A DNA stretch of 54,865 nucleotides, the filler included, from Jimgerdemannia flammicorona (Eukaryota), in the NCBI GenBank assembly GCA_003990765.1. It is 3 parts of 3 records of this genome, joined end to end, with 100 filler letters (N's around TTAATTAATTAA, not from the genome) between each part and the next. Parts side by side here need not be neighbours in the genome. Positions count along the whole stretch, not along the records: positions 18,323 to 36,544 come from RBNJ01002258.1; positions 36,645 to 54,865 come from RBNJ01002259.1; 1 more part is not named here. One strand, 5' to 3'. Each line of letters starts with the position of its first letter. Positions within the stretch are counted from its first letter, which is position 1. This document shows positions 25,848-37,594 of this stretch, in pieces. The notes below the pieces were generated by a model. The model did no database searches. It saw only the letters and a list, made by a program, of their open reading frames with translations, and was not told the DNA's origin. Both the position numbers and the translations under genes were made by a program.

Positions 25848-27927
25848 TGTAAGAGGGTTGCTTTTTAGGATAACTGTTACATAGTTCTGAAAGGGTTTTC
25901 TAGAAGTTCTGAATATTCTGGAAGACTGTTTTCTTAAGATCAAGATCAATTTCATATGGAGTACATTCTCTATGCTTATTAATTTCAAAATTAGGTTGAT
26001 GTCTCAACTAAAGTCTTTTTTCAGACTAGTTCTGAATGTTCAGGATTTTTTATATTTCAGGAAGTTCAAGAAACTAAGACCAGCTTAGTTGAATTGGCAT
26101 ATTGCTGCAGACAATACCCAATTAGGAAATTTCGTAACAGAGTTAGGAGTGGGACCTAACAGAGAGTAGATTTACTTAAGTATGGTTTGTGGATTATTAA
26201 ATAGGTTTATTCGCTATTCATAATATTGCTATACTAGGAGTAGTTATATATATAAAGGGATATTGTGAGGAAGTGCTCAGGAGTTGTGTTCAGATTGTTC
26301 AAATATTCAAGTCTGAGATTCTGAGGTCTGGGGGAGGGGATATTTATACTAGTGAGAGGCTATCTGAATTATGTTAGATATGGATATAGTACTTAGTACC
26401 TTGCTGAGTTAGAATGCAGTTATACATATAGTACAAGTGTGATCTGATATATCAAGAGATCATCTGACTGCTGAGTCAGTTCACAGTCACATTGTACAAG
26501 GCTAATCTAACTATACTATGACTGCTAAGCTATTTATAGATTTAGACACTATCTAGATAGTCTTTGATGATATTACTATCAATGACATTATCTCTAATGA
26601 AGTAGTCATCTAAGAAGAGTGGTTTGCAGATTACTTTTTCTTATTCACTGAGATAATAATACATTGGAACTTCATCACCATCCTACAGGATAGCATCATC
26701 TGTTTCATATGCTGGGTAAGGTATTGGTGGGCAAAGGAGTAGTACATCATCTTCACTTTCATCAGATTCACTGTCTGTGTATCTTCTATAGGTTATAGCA
26801 CTATGAGTCACAGGATTGTAGTAAGCTGGTGGCTGTGGTTCATATCACTTGTACTCAGGTAGTAGAGTGGTTGGTTCAATCTCAAGGGTTGTCTGAAGGT
26901 ACAGATTATGTTCTCCTGTCTCTTTATTATAGTTAAAGTAATTGGAATTAAACATGGGTTAGTATTTATACCAGTTGTCATTGTCCCAGTAGGTCTCATA
27001 GGTAATTATGAACTATTGTAAGTTCATTGGCAAGGTTGGTGATATGATCAGGGTTGGCAGAGATTCTTGGCTAGAGGTCATATCAGCATCAGAGAGATCA
27101 TTGTCTTCTGCTTTGTCTTCATCAAATCAGATTATATCATAGACATCCTTCATCATGTATCTGACTTGAGATATTTGTAGAATATGATCATCAGGGTGCA
27201 GGAAGGTTCTGTCTGTGGTCTGAATATATTCAAGATACTTGTGGTTAAGTTCTTGTATCATGTCATCGATTTGGCCATAAGACAGGGTAGCAACTATTTT
27301 GATAGTAGTAACTTGGAGATGGGGGATAAAGGTGCTATACTCATAGAAGAGTTCTCAATATTTGTAGGCAATGAGTTTCTAGTGTTGGGATATCTGGGTG
27401 ATATTTATATTATGATGGTATTTGACCATATCTTCTAGGAGATAGTTGATCTGGTAGTAGCTTGAGATTTGTCTGATTTGGTGGGCTTCACTAAGTATGT
27501 TCAGGGCATTCCACCAGGCTTCCATGAAGTAGAGGGGTGCTAGACTATGGATATTCATGAGGGGCAGAGAGAGTGTAGCTCAGTTGACCATAGTATTCTA
27601 AATGTCAGCACAGATATAATTGTAGATCTCAGTGGTCATATTTGTGTATATTCAGAAGTTATGATTATTGTTTGTTTTGGTTCTCTATTTTGATGCATCT
27701 TGGTACTCAGTATATATACATTTAGTCCTGATTGGTAAGATTCCATTTGTGTAAACCTTGTGTTCTGTGACTTCATATTGACTCAGCTTTGTGTGCTGTG
27801 ACTTCAGTTTGACAGCTTCATAATTGAGCAAGTGATTTCCAGATTTGTTCAGAGGTTGTATGTGATTTCAGTGGCTTGTTCAGAGGGTGACATGTGATTT
27901 CTGTGGCTTGGAGGTTGTGCACTTACA
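25848..27927 (-). repeat. 3' LTR of copy C (2080 bp)
   Basis: Termini, adjacent PPT (27928-27941) and homology to the solo LTR. Confidence 0.95.
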
Positions 27928-28284
27928 ACTCTCCCCTTCTTAGCTTTTGATATACTCATTGGAGCCTTCTAATTTGTTCTAGTGTTGTTACACCATTTGG
28001 GAGATCAAAAGTCTGGTAAAGTCCATTTTTCTCAGAAAGTGGCATGCTCATAGTACAGTTGCCTAATGTATTGGATTTATATATTAAAGGGTTGTATGTT
28101 CAATACTGTACACCAGAAGTGATTCTGATATCATTCACTGCTGGAGAATTTCCTCTAAGAAATCTTCTTAAATATGTATCTATATGTATCTTGTTTTCTA
28201 CCAGTGGTATGGGGAGAATAGGCTTGCTTTCAGTTTTGTTATTTTTTTCTAGAGGGTTGGTAGTGTTTGGGTTTTAGTTGTTTA

Positions 28285-28443
28285 AGAAATCATATTCCTG
28301 AACTAAGTCAATAGTATTCTGGAGATTGGTCTTGGGTTCCTATATTGCATTGTGGATCGGATAACCTTTTCATTTGATAAGATACTTAGGGTGGTTCTTG
28401 TTGTTATGTTTGTTGAGGATTTGTTCAACTTCATATTCTTCTT
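28285..28443 (-). other. Integrase C-terminal chromodomain
   Basis: EEYEVEQILNKHNNKNHPKYLIK*KGYPIHNAI*EPKTNL, i.e. the YEVExI...YLIKWKGY...TWEP consensus with both W codons mutated to stops. Confidence 0.9.
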
Positions 28444-31400
28444 AGTCATTAATAATGATAGGTGCAGGTGGTTCAGTGGTTCAGTTCAGAAATAGCTTAT
28501 CATCATTTTTATTATATCACTTGAGATATTGGATATTGAAGACTGGGTAGATTTTAATGATATCTGGTAGCACTAATTTGTAGGAAGTAGAAGAGATCTG
28601 TGTAATGACTTTGAAGAGTCCAATAAACTTGCTGTTCAGCTTTGTAGATAGTCTGTGCTTGAGATTATCAACTCAGTATCCTTGGATGTCTAATAGAACT
28701 TTTTCTCTAATATCAAAAGTCTCTTCTCAGTGGTATTGATTGATATACTGTAACTATTGTTCTTGAGCTTGCAATAAGTTCTCAATTGTGATCTGGCTTA
28801 GATTGCATATTCAGAGCAGGAATTCTTCAACAGCTTTGACTGTGGAGGGTTCGTCAGTGGTTTGGATAAGTGTCAGAGGAGTGTTTGGGTTTTATCCTAT
28901 ATTGGCAAAGAATAGGATCATTCTCAAAGAGGCTTGCTTGCTATTGTTATAGGCAAACTTGACTGCAGTGAGGTATTTATGCCAATCATCTTGTTTGTAG
29001 AAAACATAGTTCCTTAGCATTTGTTCCAGAGTTCAGTTCATTCTTTCAGTTTGGCCATCAGTTTCAAGGTAAAAGACTGTGGATAGTATTAGTTTTATTT
29101 CAAGGTGTGTATAGAGGGCTTTTCAAAAGTAGCTGGTGAATTTTGGGTCTCAGTCACTAACAATAATCTTGGAGAGACTATGATAGTAGAAGATATTGTC
29201 AAACAAGAGTATAGCTATATATGGTGCTGTTGCAGTAGTAGTAGTTGGCATGAAGTGAACTTGTTTGCTGAGATAATTCACAAAGATAATAATTGTATCT
29301 TTCTCATTCTTGGTTCAGGGTAGTTGTATAATAAAATCCATAGAGATTTATTCCCAATTAGTAGATGGTACTGGGATAAGGTAGAGTAGGCCAGGCTTTG
29401 CTAGTGTTGAGGACTTGTTCCATTGGCAGACATCACAGAAAGTGATATAGATCTTGAGCTAATCTGCCATGCAGGGCCAATAGAAGTTTTGGGAGATAAC
29501 TTTATAACATTTGTCAAATCCTAAATGTCTAGCTGTAGAGATATCATGACATTCAAATAGGATAGTTCTTCAGAGGTCTTGGTTGTTTGGAATATACAAT
29601 CTGTCTTTGTAGTAAATAGTATTATCCTTGAGTTAGTATTAGTTGAACTGGGTATGCTTGTCAGTATCATCATATTTCAGAATTTCTTAGAGTGCTTGAG
29701 CTTCTTTATCATCAGCATATGCAGTGATAATTTATTCCATGATGGAGTTTGTAACCAAGGTGAGGGTTTGGATAACTTCTTTGATTGGTGGTCTGGAGAT
29801 TGCATCAGTAATAATATTTTCCTTGCCAGGGTGGTACTGGATTTCATAGTCAAAGTTAGTGAGGACTTTCATCCATCTGGCTTACTTTTGAGAAAGGGTA
29901 GCCTGGATCTTGATGTTGACTAATGACTTGTGATCAGTCAATACAGTGAAGTATACTCCTTCTAGGTATAGTCACTATTTGATCAGAGTATCTACAATAG
30001 CTAACATTTCCTTCTTATAAAGTTATATAGTTGATTTCAGTATCATTAAACTTACAGGAATGATAGGCCACAGGATGTCCTTCTTGTATAAGCACTGCTC
30101 CAAGGGCTAGATCAGAGACATCAGTAGTAACTTCATATGGTAGGGCAGGGTTTCCTACTTGAAGTACTGGAGTGGTTATCAAGGCATCCTTTAGTGCTTA
30201 AAAGGCTGTATCTTATTCAGATCTCCAATTTACAAGATTGTTGAAGTCTTTTTCTTGTTTCACGGTCCAGAGCTGCTCTTCTTTCTTATTGTGCTTGGTC
30301 ATTTGGATAAGAGTAGTAGTGATTTTAGCAAAGTTGACAACAAATTGCCTGTAGTAGTTTGCTAATCCTAGAAATGACTGGAGATCTTTCAGCTTCTTGG
30401 GTCTGGGCCAATCCTTAATTGTGGAGATTTTGCTGAAGTCCACTTTGATTTTATTTAGTATAATAATATATCCAAGAAATTGAATTTCTTTTAAGAGAAA
30501 TTTGCATTTGCTGAGTTTTGCAAAGAGTTGGTTTTCTTGGAGTTTCAGTAGTACTAGTTTGAGGTGTTCAAGATATTCCTCCAGGGTTTTGCTAAAGACT
30601 AGGATGTTATCAATATAGACAACAACAAATTTGTCCAGATATGAGTGCAGGATGGTGTTCATCAGTGTCTGGAAGATTGCAGGAGCATTAGTTAAGCTAA
30701 AAGGTATAATCAGGAACTTGAAGTGTCTATAGTGAGTTCAGAAGACTATCTTGTAGATGTCTTTTTCTTTTATGACAATTTGTCAATAACCATTTTGTAG
30801 GTCAAAAGAGCTTATGAATTGTGAGTTAGTGAGTCTATCGAATATTTCATTGATTTTGGATAGTGGGCAACAGTTCTTGATGGTCTGTTCATTGAGATTG
30901 CAGTAATCAATATACATTCGCAAGTCTCCTCCTTTCTTTATAACAAAGAGGACTGGTGCACTATAGAGTGATACACTGGATCTGATGAAGCCTTGTTCTA
31001 GAAGCTTATTGATTTTCTTCTTGAGTGTATCAATTTCTCTTAGAGATATGTGGTAGATTGACTTGAAGGCTGGCTTGACATCTGGAATGGTTTTGATAGT
31101 ATGGTCTACTGCTCATTGAGGAGGTAGGCCTTTCAGAAGTTTCTTTGGGAATATGTCTTAAAATTTCTGAAGTAGGGGTCTGACATGACTGTCAACTTTG
31201 AAAAAGTCTTCTTTGGAGTTCTCAGGTTCTCCTTTGGATGGGCAGATGGAGATAGCAAAGAGAGGGCATTTCTTGGCTAATTTCTTGAGTTATAGCTTAT
31301 TGATATGAGTGATCTTTGGTCCAGAGTTACTAGAGTTAAGTGGGTCCTTTTCTCCTTGCAGTTTGAAGTTATGACATCCTTTCTTAATGGTCAGAGAATG

Positions 31401-31934
31401 ATTCACCCAATCAATCATGAGGTTCTCTTGTTTTAATCATAGAGTTCCAAGGATGATCTCATTGTCAGGAAGTGGTACTATCTGGAGGGTAATATGTACT
31501 CAATAGTTACCAATTCAGAAGGGTAGGTTGCAGACTTCCTTGCTAATAACATGTGAGGTTCCATCAGCTGTGGCAACTGCTTGAGTTTGTTGTACTGGAG
31601 AGGTGAAGACCTTGAGTCTGTTGGCTGTTTCTTTATTGATGAAGTTGCCTGAGGCACTACTGTCTATCATAATCTTGACAGGTGCTCAGTTGACAAAAGC
31701 TTGAAGTGTAAGCAGTTTGTCTGATCCAATAGTGGTGATTTCAGTTGTAGGAGTTTTCCTTCTGTTGGTTCTTCTTTGAGCCAATTCATTGACACAAGAG
31801 AAGCAATCATTGATCATTTGGGAAGAGTACATTCCAATGCCATGGGGGCATTGGTCACTAGGTATATATCCATCTTTGATTTTCTTATAGAATTGTTCAT
31901 CTTTATTCACAGTAGGCTGGGCTAGAGCCTTGTT

Positions 31935-32345
31935 TGATAAGCCAAATCCTTTGGATCCTTGGATGGTAGATAGTAGTTCAGGGACTTCCTTAACTGTCAG
32001 AGTTGACTCGATTTTCTCAAATAGGATCTGGGTGATGCAGAAACCAATGGGGATCTTGAAGAGTGTTCAACTATGGTTTCAGATGAGGACAATAATTTCA
32101 CCTGTATAATCTTCATTAATGACTCCTCCTTCTACTGAGAGTCCTTTCAATACTAGGCTGCTGCAACAGTATATTCTTCTAACATATCCTTCAGTGATTT
32201 AGATGCTGATCTCTATATAGACTTGCTTGACTTCTTGGTTGGAAACTGTAGCTTCTTTGGCTATATATAGGTCATATCCAGCTGCCTTTTGACTTCCTTT
32301 GGTTGGGGCCTTAGCAGTTTGTCTTAACTTGATAAAGTCCAGTGT
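31935..32345 (-). pseudogene. dut: Trimeric-type dUTPase domain inside gag-pol
   Basis: All five motifs recognisable: AAGYDL; RI..(R)SSL.LKG; GGVINEDYTGEI; (R)ITQI; TIQGSKGFGLS. Also present in copies A, B and (partly) E. Confidence 0.92.
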
Positions 32346-34355
32346 TTTGGTAGTCAGATTGTTGAGATGGTGCAGAGTAGTAACAGTTGCTCATATTGCT
32401 GTTTGGGGTTTTTGGTTGAGGTAGGCACTGACCATGTGTCCTGTCTTTTGGTAATAGAAGTATACTCCACTTCTTTGAAGTTCATTCCTTTCTTCTTCAG
32501 TGAGTTTCTTAAAGGTACTTGGCTAGGTGGGTTTATGATTTCTGGGTGTTCATGAGGTGGATGTTGAGGGAGCTCGAGATACTTCATGCTTGGGTTCTTC
32601 TTTCTTGGCCCAAGTCTTTTCCTTATTGTTGAATTGTCTATGAGGCAGAATTGGTCCAGCTGTTAAAATATGCTTGACCATGGTCTTGATTCTTACCAGG
32701 CACTATTTGTTGGTAGTTACAACCAACTGGGCAGCCTTGTTCTCAGATTTTTCTAGTAAGCCATTCAGATAGTACATCAAATAGATGGTCTGCTCTTATA
32801 CCATTTCATGCTTTGTCATTAGCAATATATCCTAGGCCAACAGTGTTCAGAAGTGACTCAAGTTTTGTATAGAAAGTTTCGAATTCTTTCTTGTCATATT
32901 TATCAAATTTGAGGTTGTAGAGTTTTACTTGAGATTCAACAATCATGGTTTTGCTATAGTATTGGGCAATTATGAGTTATTTGAGTCCAGGGGCTACAGG
33001 ATGGGCTCTATATCCTGGGGTATTGTTTGCTGCATTCTGGGCAATTACTGCAGGTCAGGTGTCCTATGTGAGGGGTTTTTCAGAAAGGGTTTGCCACCAT
33101 TCTTCAGCAGATTCTTAGAAGAATGTAACAACTCAGCAGATATAGGCTGTAGTGGTAGCAAAGAGTTGTTCCAGAGTGTGGTCTTGGTTATTTGTTAGAA
33201 GGTGGTCAGCAACCCACTCATTGGTCCATTGATTGGCTTCAAAGTTAGTGTCAACTACACTAATGAAGCTTTGGACTTCTTGTGTAGTACCATTAAAGAT
33301 AGGTAGGCTCAGATTTTTGATAGGTTGGGTCTGTTCCACTAAGGTAGTAATGATTGCTGCCATTATGGCTACCTGGGCTGTGAGGTCTAGAATCTGTTGG
33401 TTTGCCATGTTATTTGCTAGAGGTAGCTGAACTACTGGTAATAGTGTTACTAGTACTATTTGAGATATTGGTGCAGAGTGTGATGGAGTTCTTTGGGTCT
33501 GTGTAAGTTGCTAGAGTAGTAGTTATGGGTCTGGAGTAAGGGCTTGATAAATAGCTATTTATTGCTGTGTTGGTATATTCTGTCCTGATGGAGATATATC
33601 TTCTTCGATAGTGTATCCGAGATCAAATTCACTGAGATACTCCTCCTTCTCTTCAGTTTGGTCCCCATGTAATTGGGTTTGCTCAGCATTAAAGTAGACA
33701 GAATTAGTTGTATATCTGATTTTAGATGGACTTAATTCAAAGCCAAGTTCTGGTTCGATATTGGTTTCTGGTTCAGATAGGGCTGTAGCTGGGCCTGCTT
33801 CTAGTTCAGAGTCAGGTTGTTGATAAAGGGTTTCTCTTACTTCTTCCTTAAGAATATGGTGGGCCTTGCTATTCTGGAATCAGTAGTATAATGTAGTCTT
33901 GGTCCTGGTATGGTGAAAGTTGGTAGAGTTGAGCCATTTGGCTACAGAGGCTTGGGCTTCATGAGGAACTAAGGCTAGAAAGACTGCTGCTAGTTGTCCT
34001 AGGTCACTTGGATTTGTGGAGCTGACAAAACTCTTGTTGAGAAGAGTAAAGAAGGCTTCAATAAGACCTTCTTCATATTGACTTGCTGGGTGTAGAGCAA
34101 GGAGTTTGGTGTATAGGATTTCACCTATTTGCTGATTTAACTGGAGTATTTCTTTCTTCAAATGAAGTTTGTCCTACTTATTATAGGTGTGGAGATCAAA
34201 TTGTCCTTGTATGTTAGGTTCAATTCTCTCCAGATTGTCAGATAGTTCAGAATAAATTCCAGTTCAGAGGTTGGGCTTTATACCAACTTATAGGAATTCT
34301 TAAAAGAGTTTATAGCAGAGTGAGGAAGCATCTTGAAGCAGAATTGAATTGTAAA

Positions 34356-34367
34356 CCACTACTACCA
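34356..34367 (-). other. Putative primer-binding site (TGGTAGTAGTGG), 3 nt after the 5' LTR; compatible with initiator tRNA-Met after C-to-T decay
   Basis: TGG start at the expected position; TGGTAGC is the usual start of an iMet PBS. The tRNA identity is an inference. Confidence 0.6.
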
Positions 34368-34370
34368 AGT

Positions 34371-36443
34371 TGTAAGAGGGTTGCTTTTTAGGGTAACCAT
34401 TAAATAGTTCTGGAAGGATTTTCTGGAAGTTCTAGATATTCTGGAAGACTGTTTTCTTAAGGTCAAGATTAATTTTATATGGAGTATATTCTCTATGCTT
34501 ATTGATTTCAAGATTGGGTTGATATCTCAACCAAAGTCCTTTTTTGGACTAGTTCTGGATGTTCAGGATTTTCTATATTTCAGGAAGTTCAAGAAACTAA
34601 GACCAGCTTAGTTAAATTGGCATATCACTGCAGACAATATCCAATTAGGAAATTTCATAACAGAGTTAGGAGTGGGACCTAATAGAGAGCAGATTTACTT
34701 AAGAGTAGTTTGTGGGTTATTAAATAGGTTTATTTGCTATTCATAATATTGCTATACTAGAAGTAGTTGTGTGAAGGAATATTGTGGGGAAGTGCTCAGG
34801 AGTTGTGTTTGGATTGTTCAAATATTCAAGTCTGAGATTCTGAGATCTGGGGGAGGGGGTATTTATACTAGTGAGGGGCTATCTGGACTATACTAGATAT
34901 GGATATAGTACTTAGTACCTTGCTGAGTCAGAATACAGTTATGTAGTACAAGTGTGATCTGACATGTCAAGAGATTGTCTAACTGCTGAGTTAGTTCACA
35001 GTCACATCATACAAGGCTAATCTAACTATACTATGACTGCTAAGCTATTTATAGGTTTAGATACTGTCTGGGTAGTCTTTGATGACATTACCATTGATGA
35101 CATCATCTCTGATGAAGTAGTTATCTAGAAAGAGTAGTTCACAGATTACTTCTCCTTATTCATTGAGATAATAATATATTGAAACTTTATCACTATTCCA
35201 TAGGATAGCATTATCTGTTTCATATACTGGATAAGATGTTGGTGGGTAAAGGAGTGGTACATCATCTTCACTTCATCAGATTTGCTGTCTATGTATCTTT
35301 TATAGGTTACAGCACTATGAGTTGCAGGATTATAGTAAGCTGATGGCTGTGGTTCATATCACTCATACTCAGGTAGTGGAGTGGTTGGTTCAATCTCAAG
35401 AGTTGTCTGAAGGTACAGGTTATGTTCTCCTGTCTCTTCATTGTAGTTGAAGTAATTGGGAGTAAATGTGAGTTGGTATTCATGCCAGTGGTCATTGTCC
35501 CAGTAGGTCTCGTAGGTAGTTATAAACTGTTGCAAGTTCATTGGCAAGATTGGTGGTGTGATCAGGGTTGGCAGAGATTCTTGGCTGGAGGTTATGTCAG
35601 TATTGGAGGGATCATTGTTTTCTGCTTCATCTTCATCAAATCAGATTATATCATAGATATCCTTTATCATATATCTAACTTGAGGTATTTGCAGAATATG
35701 GTCATTGGGGTGTGAGAAGATTCTGTCTATGGTCTGAATATATTTGAGGTACTTGTGATTGAGTTCTTGTATCATGTCATCAATTTGACCATAGGACAGA
35801 GTAGTAACCATTTTGGCAGTAGTAACTCAGAGATGGGAGATAAAGGTGCTATACTCATAGAAGAGTTCTTGATGTTTGTAGGTAATGAGTTTCTGGTGTT
35901 GGGACATCTGGGTGATATCTGTATCATAATGGTGTTCAATCATATCTTCCAGGAGGTAGCTGATCTAGTAGTAGCTTGAGATTTGTCTAATTCAGTAGGC
36001 TTCGCTAAGTATGTTCAGAGCATTCCACCAGGCTTCCATGAAGTAGAGAGGTGCTAGACTATGGATATTCATAAGGAGCAGAGGGGATATAGCTTGGTTG
36101 ACCATGGTATTCCAAATGTTAGCACAGATGTAGTTGTAGATCTCAGTGGTCATATTTGTATATGTTCAGAAGTTATAGTTATTGTTTATTTTGATTCTCT
36201 GTTTTGATACATCTCAGTACTTGGTATATATGTATTTAGTCCTGATTGGTAAGATTCTGTTTGTGTGAATCTTGTATTCTGTGACTTCATATTGACTCAG
36301 CTTTGTGTATTGTAACTTCAGTTTGACTCAGCTTCGTGATTGAGCAGGTAATTTCCAGATTTGTTTGGAGGTTGCATGTGATTTTAGTGACTTGTTCAGA
36401 GGGTGATGTGTGATTTCTGTGGCTTGGAGGTTATGTGCTTACA
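34371..36443 (-). repeat. 5' LTR of copy C (2073 bp)
   Basis: Termini, TSD and homology to the other LTR copies. Confidence 0.95.
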
Positions 36444-36544
36444 GTATAACTCACTGTAAATAAAGAAGAATAATTCCATAAGAAAATTAAAAGATAGATT
36501 TGTACCAAGTAGTTAATACTCTTTTTTTTTTTTTTTTTTTTTTT

Positions 36545-36644
36545 NNNNNNNNNNNNNNNNNNNNNNNNNNNNNNNNNNNNNNNNNNNNTTAATTAATTAA
36601 NNNNNNNNNNNNNNNNNNNNNNNNNNNNNNNNNNNNNNNNNNNN
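36545..36644. other. Assembly gap (100 nt) with TTAATTAATTAA linker
   Basis: N44-linker-N44, preceded by a T-run at 36522-36544. Confidence 0.97.
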
Positions 36645-37008
36645 GGATGGGCCGGGCCGGTGGGAGGGGGGATTGTTGTTTTGGGTAATTGCGTGCGTGG
36701 TGTTGGATGCAATGTAGCCTGTCTGGGGCTTGGGGTGTTCATGGGATCTTTTTCGTTTGACACCTGCCGTCAAAGCCACATGTTCTGGAGGATGACGTAA
36801 GGAGGCGAGGGTGCAAATTATAATGGGTCGTGACAAAGACGCATGGGCAACCACACGTGATCAAGTGATGAAGGATGACGTGACGTGATTATTTATCTGT
36901 CGAGAATGTCCCCCAAACCCCAAACCCACCCTCCTCCCTCCCTTCCTCCCTCCCTTCCTCCCTCCCTCCCTCCCACTCTTTGACCTCCTCTGAGCCCCCA
37001 AAATCACA

Positions 37009-37481
37009 ATGGTAGGAAAGGGCGCCCAGAAATGCAGCAAGTGCCACCAACCACGCAAGGGCCACATCTGTCCTCTCGCCAACCAGTTCCCCCCCGGCAT
37101 GGCATCCAGCTCAGCCTCCCTTTCGGACTTCGTCGGCGGCCCTGGCGAACCCGTCGACATGACCAGCATGGAGACTGTGAACGCCGTCGCGGAGATGTTG
37201 GTTGCAACCACTAACGTCGCGAGTAACACTGGCCTCGCCGGGCCAAAACCACCGCGACGTCGCAAGTACAACACCGGTAGCAAGGCAAACCGCAACCAGA
37301 ACCTCGTCACCGCCCTAACAACAGGCGCGAATGATGATCTCGTGGGTGTCGGCGTCATCGCCAACGGAAACACTCTCGGTTCCTCCGCCGCAACCACGAC
37401 AAATATGCTGCTCGCAACTCAGAATCACCAGCAGACTGCCCAGTCAATGCACCAGCAGCAGCAAAACCAGCACCTTCAGGT

Positions 37482-37544
<63 letters not shown>

Positions 37545-37559
37545 GCAACAGCTCCAGCA

Positions 37560-37594
<35 letters not shown>

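Larger units (their letters stand above)
28274..34370 (-). pseudogene. gag-pol polyprotein frame of copy C (many nonsense transitions)
   Basis: CA-like LPIFNGTTQEVQSF; decayed knuckle LTEEERNELQRSGVYFYYQKTGHMVSAY; protease IMIDSSASGNFI; RT YIDNIL and LQSFLGLANYY; integrase HHCC (CHD...HLG...CDVCQ) and core ETDGQTERMN. Confidence 0.9.
25848..36443 (-). mobile_element. Full-length Gypsy (chromovirus-type) copy C, 10,596 bp
   Basis: LTRs 25848-27927 and 34371-36443 with TGTAAG/CTTACA termini; 5-bp TSD GTATA at 25843-25847 and 36444-36448; PBS and PPT present; domain order gag-NC-dUTPase-PR-RT-RH-IN-chromodomain. Confidence 0.96.
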
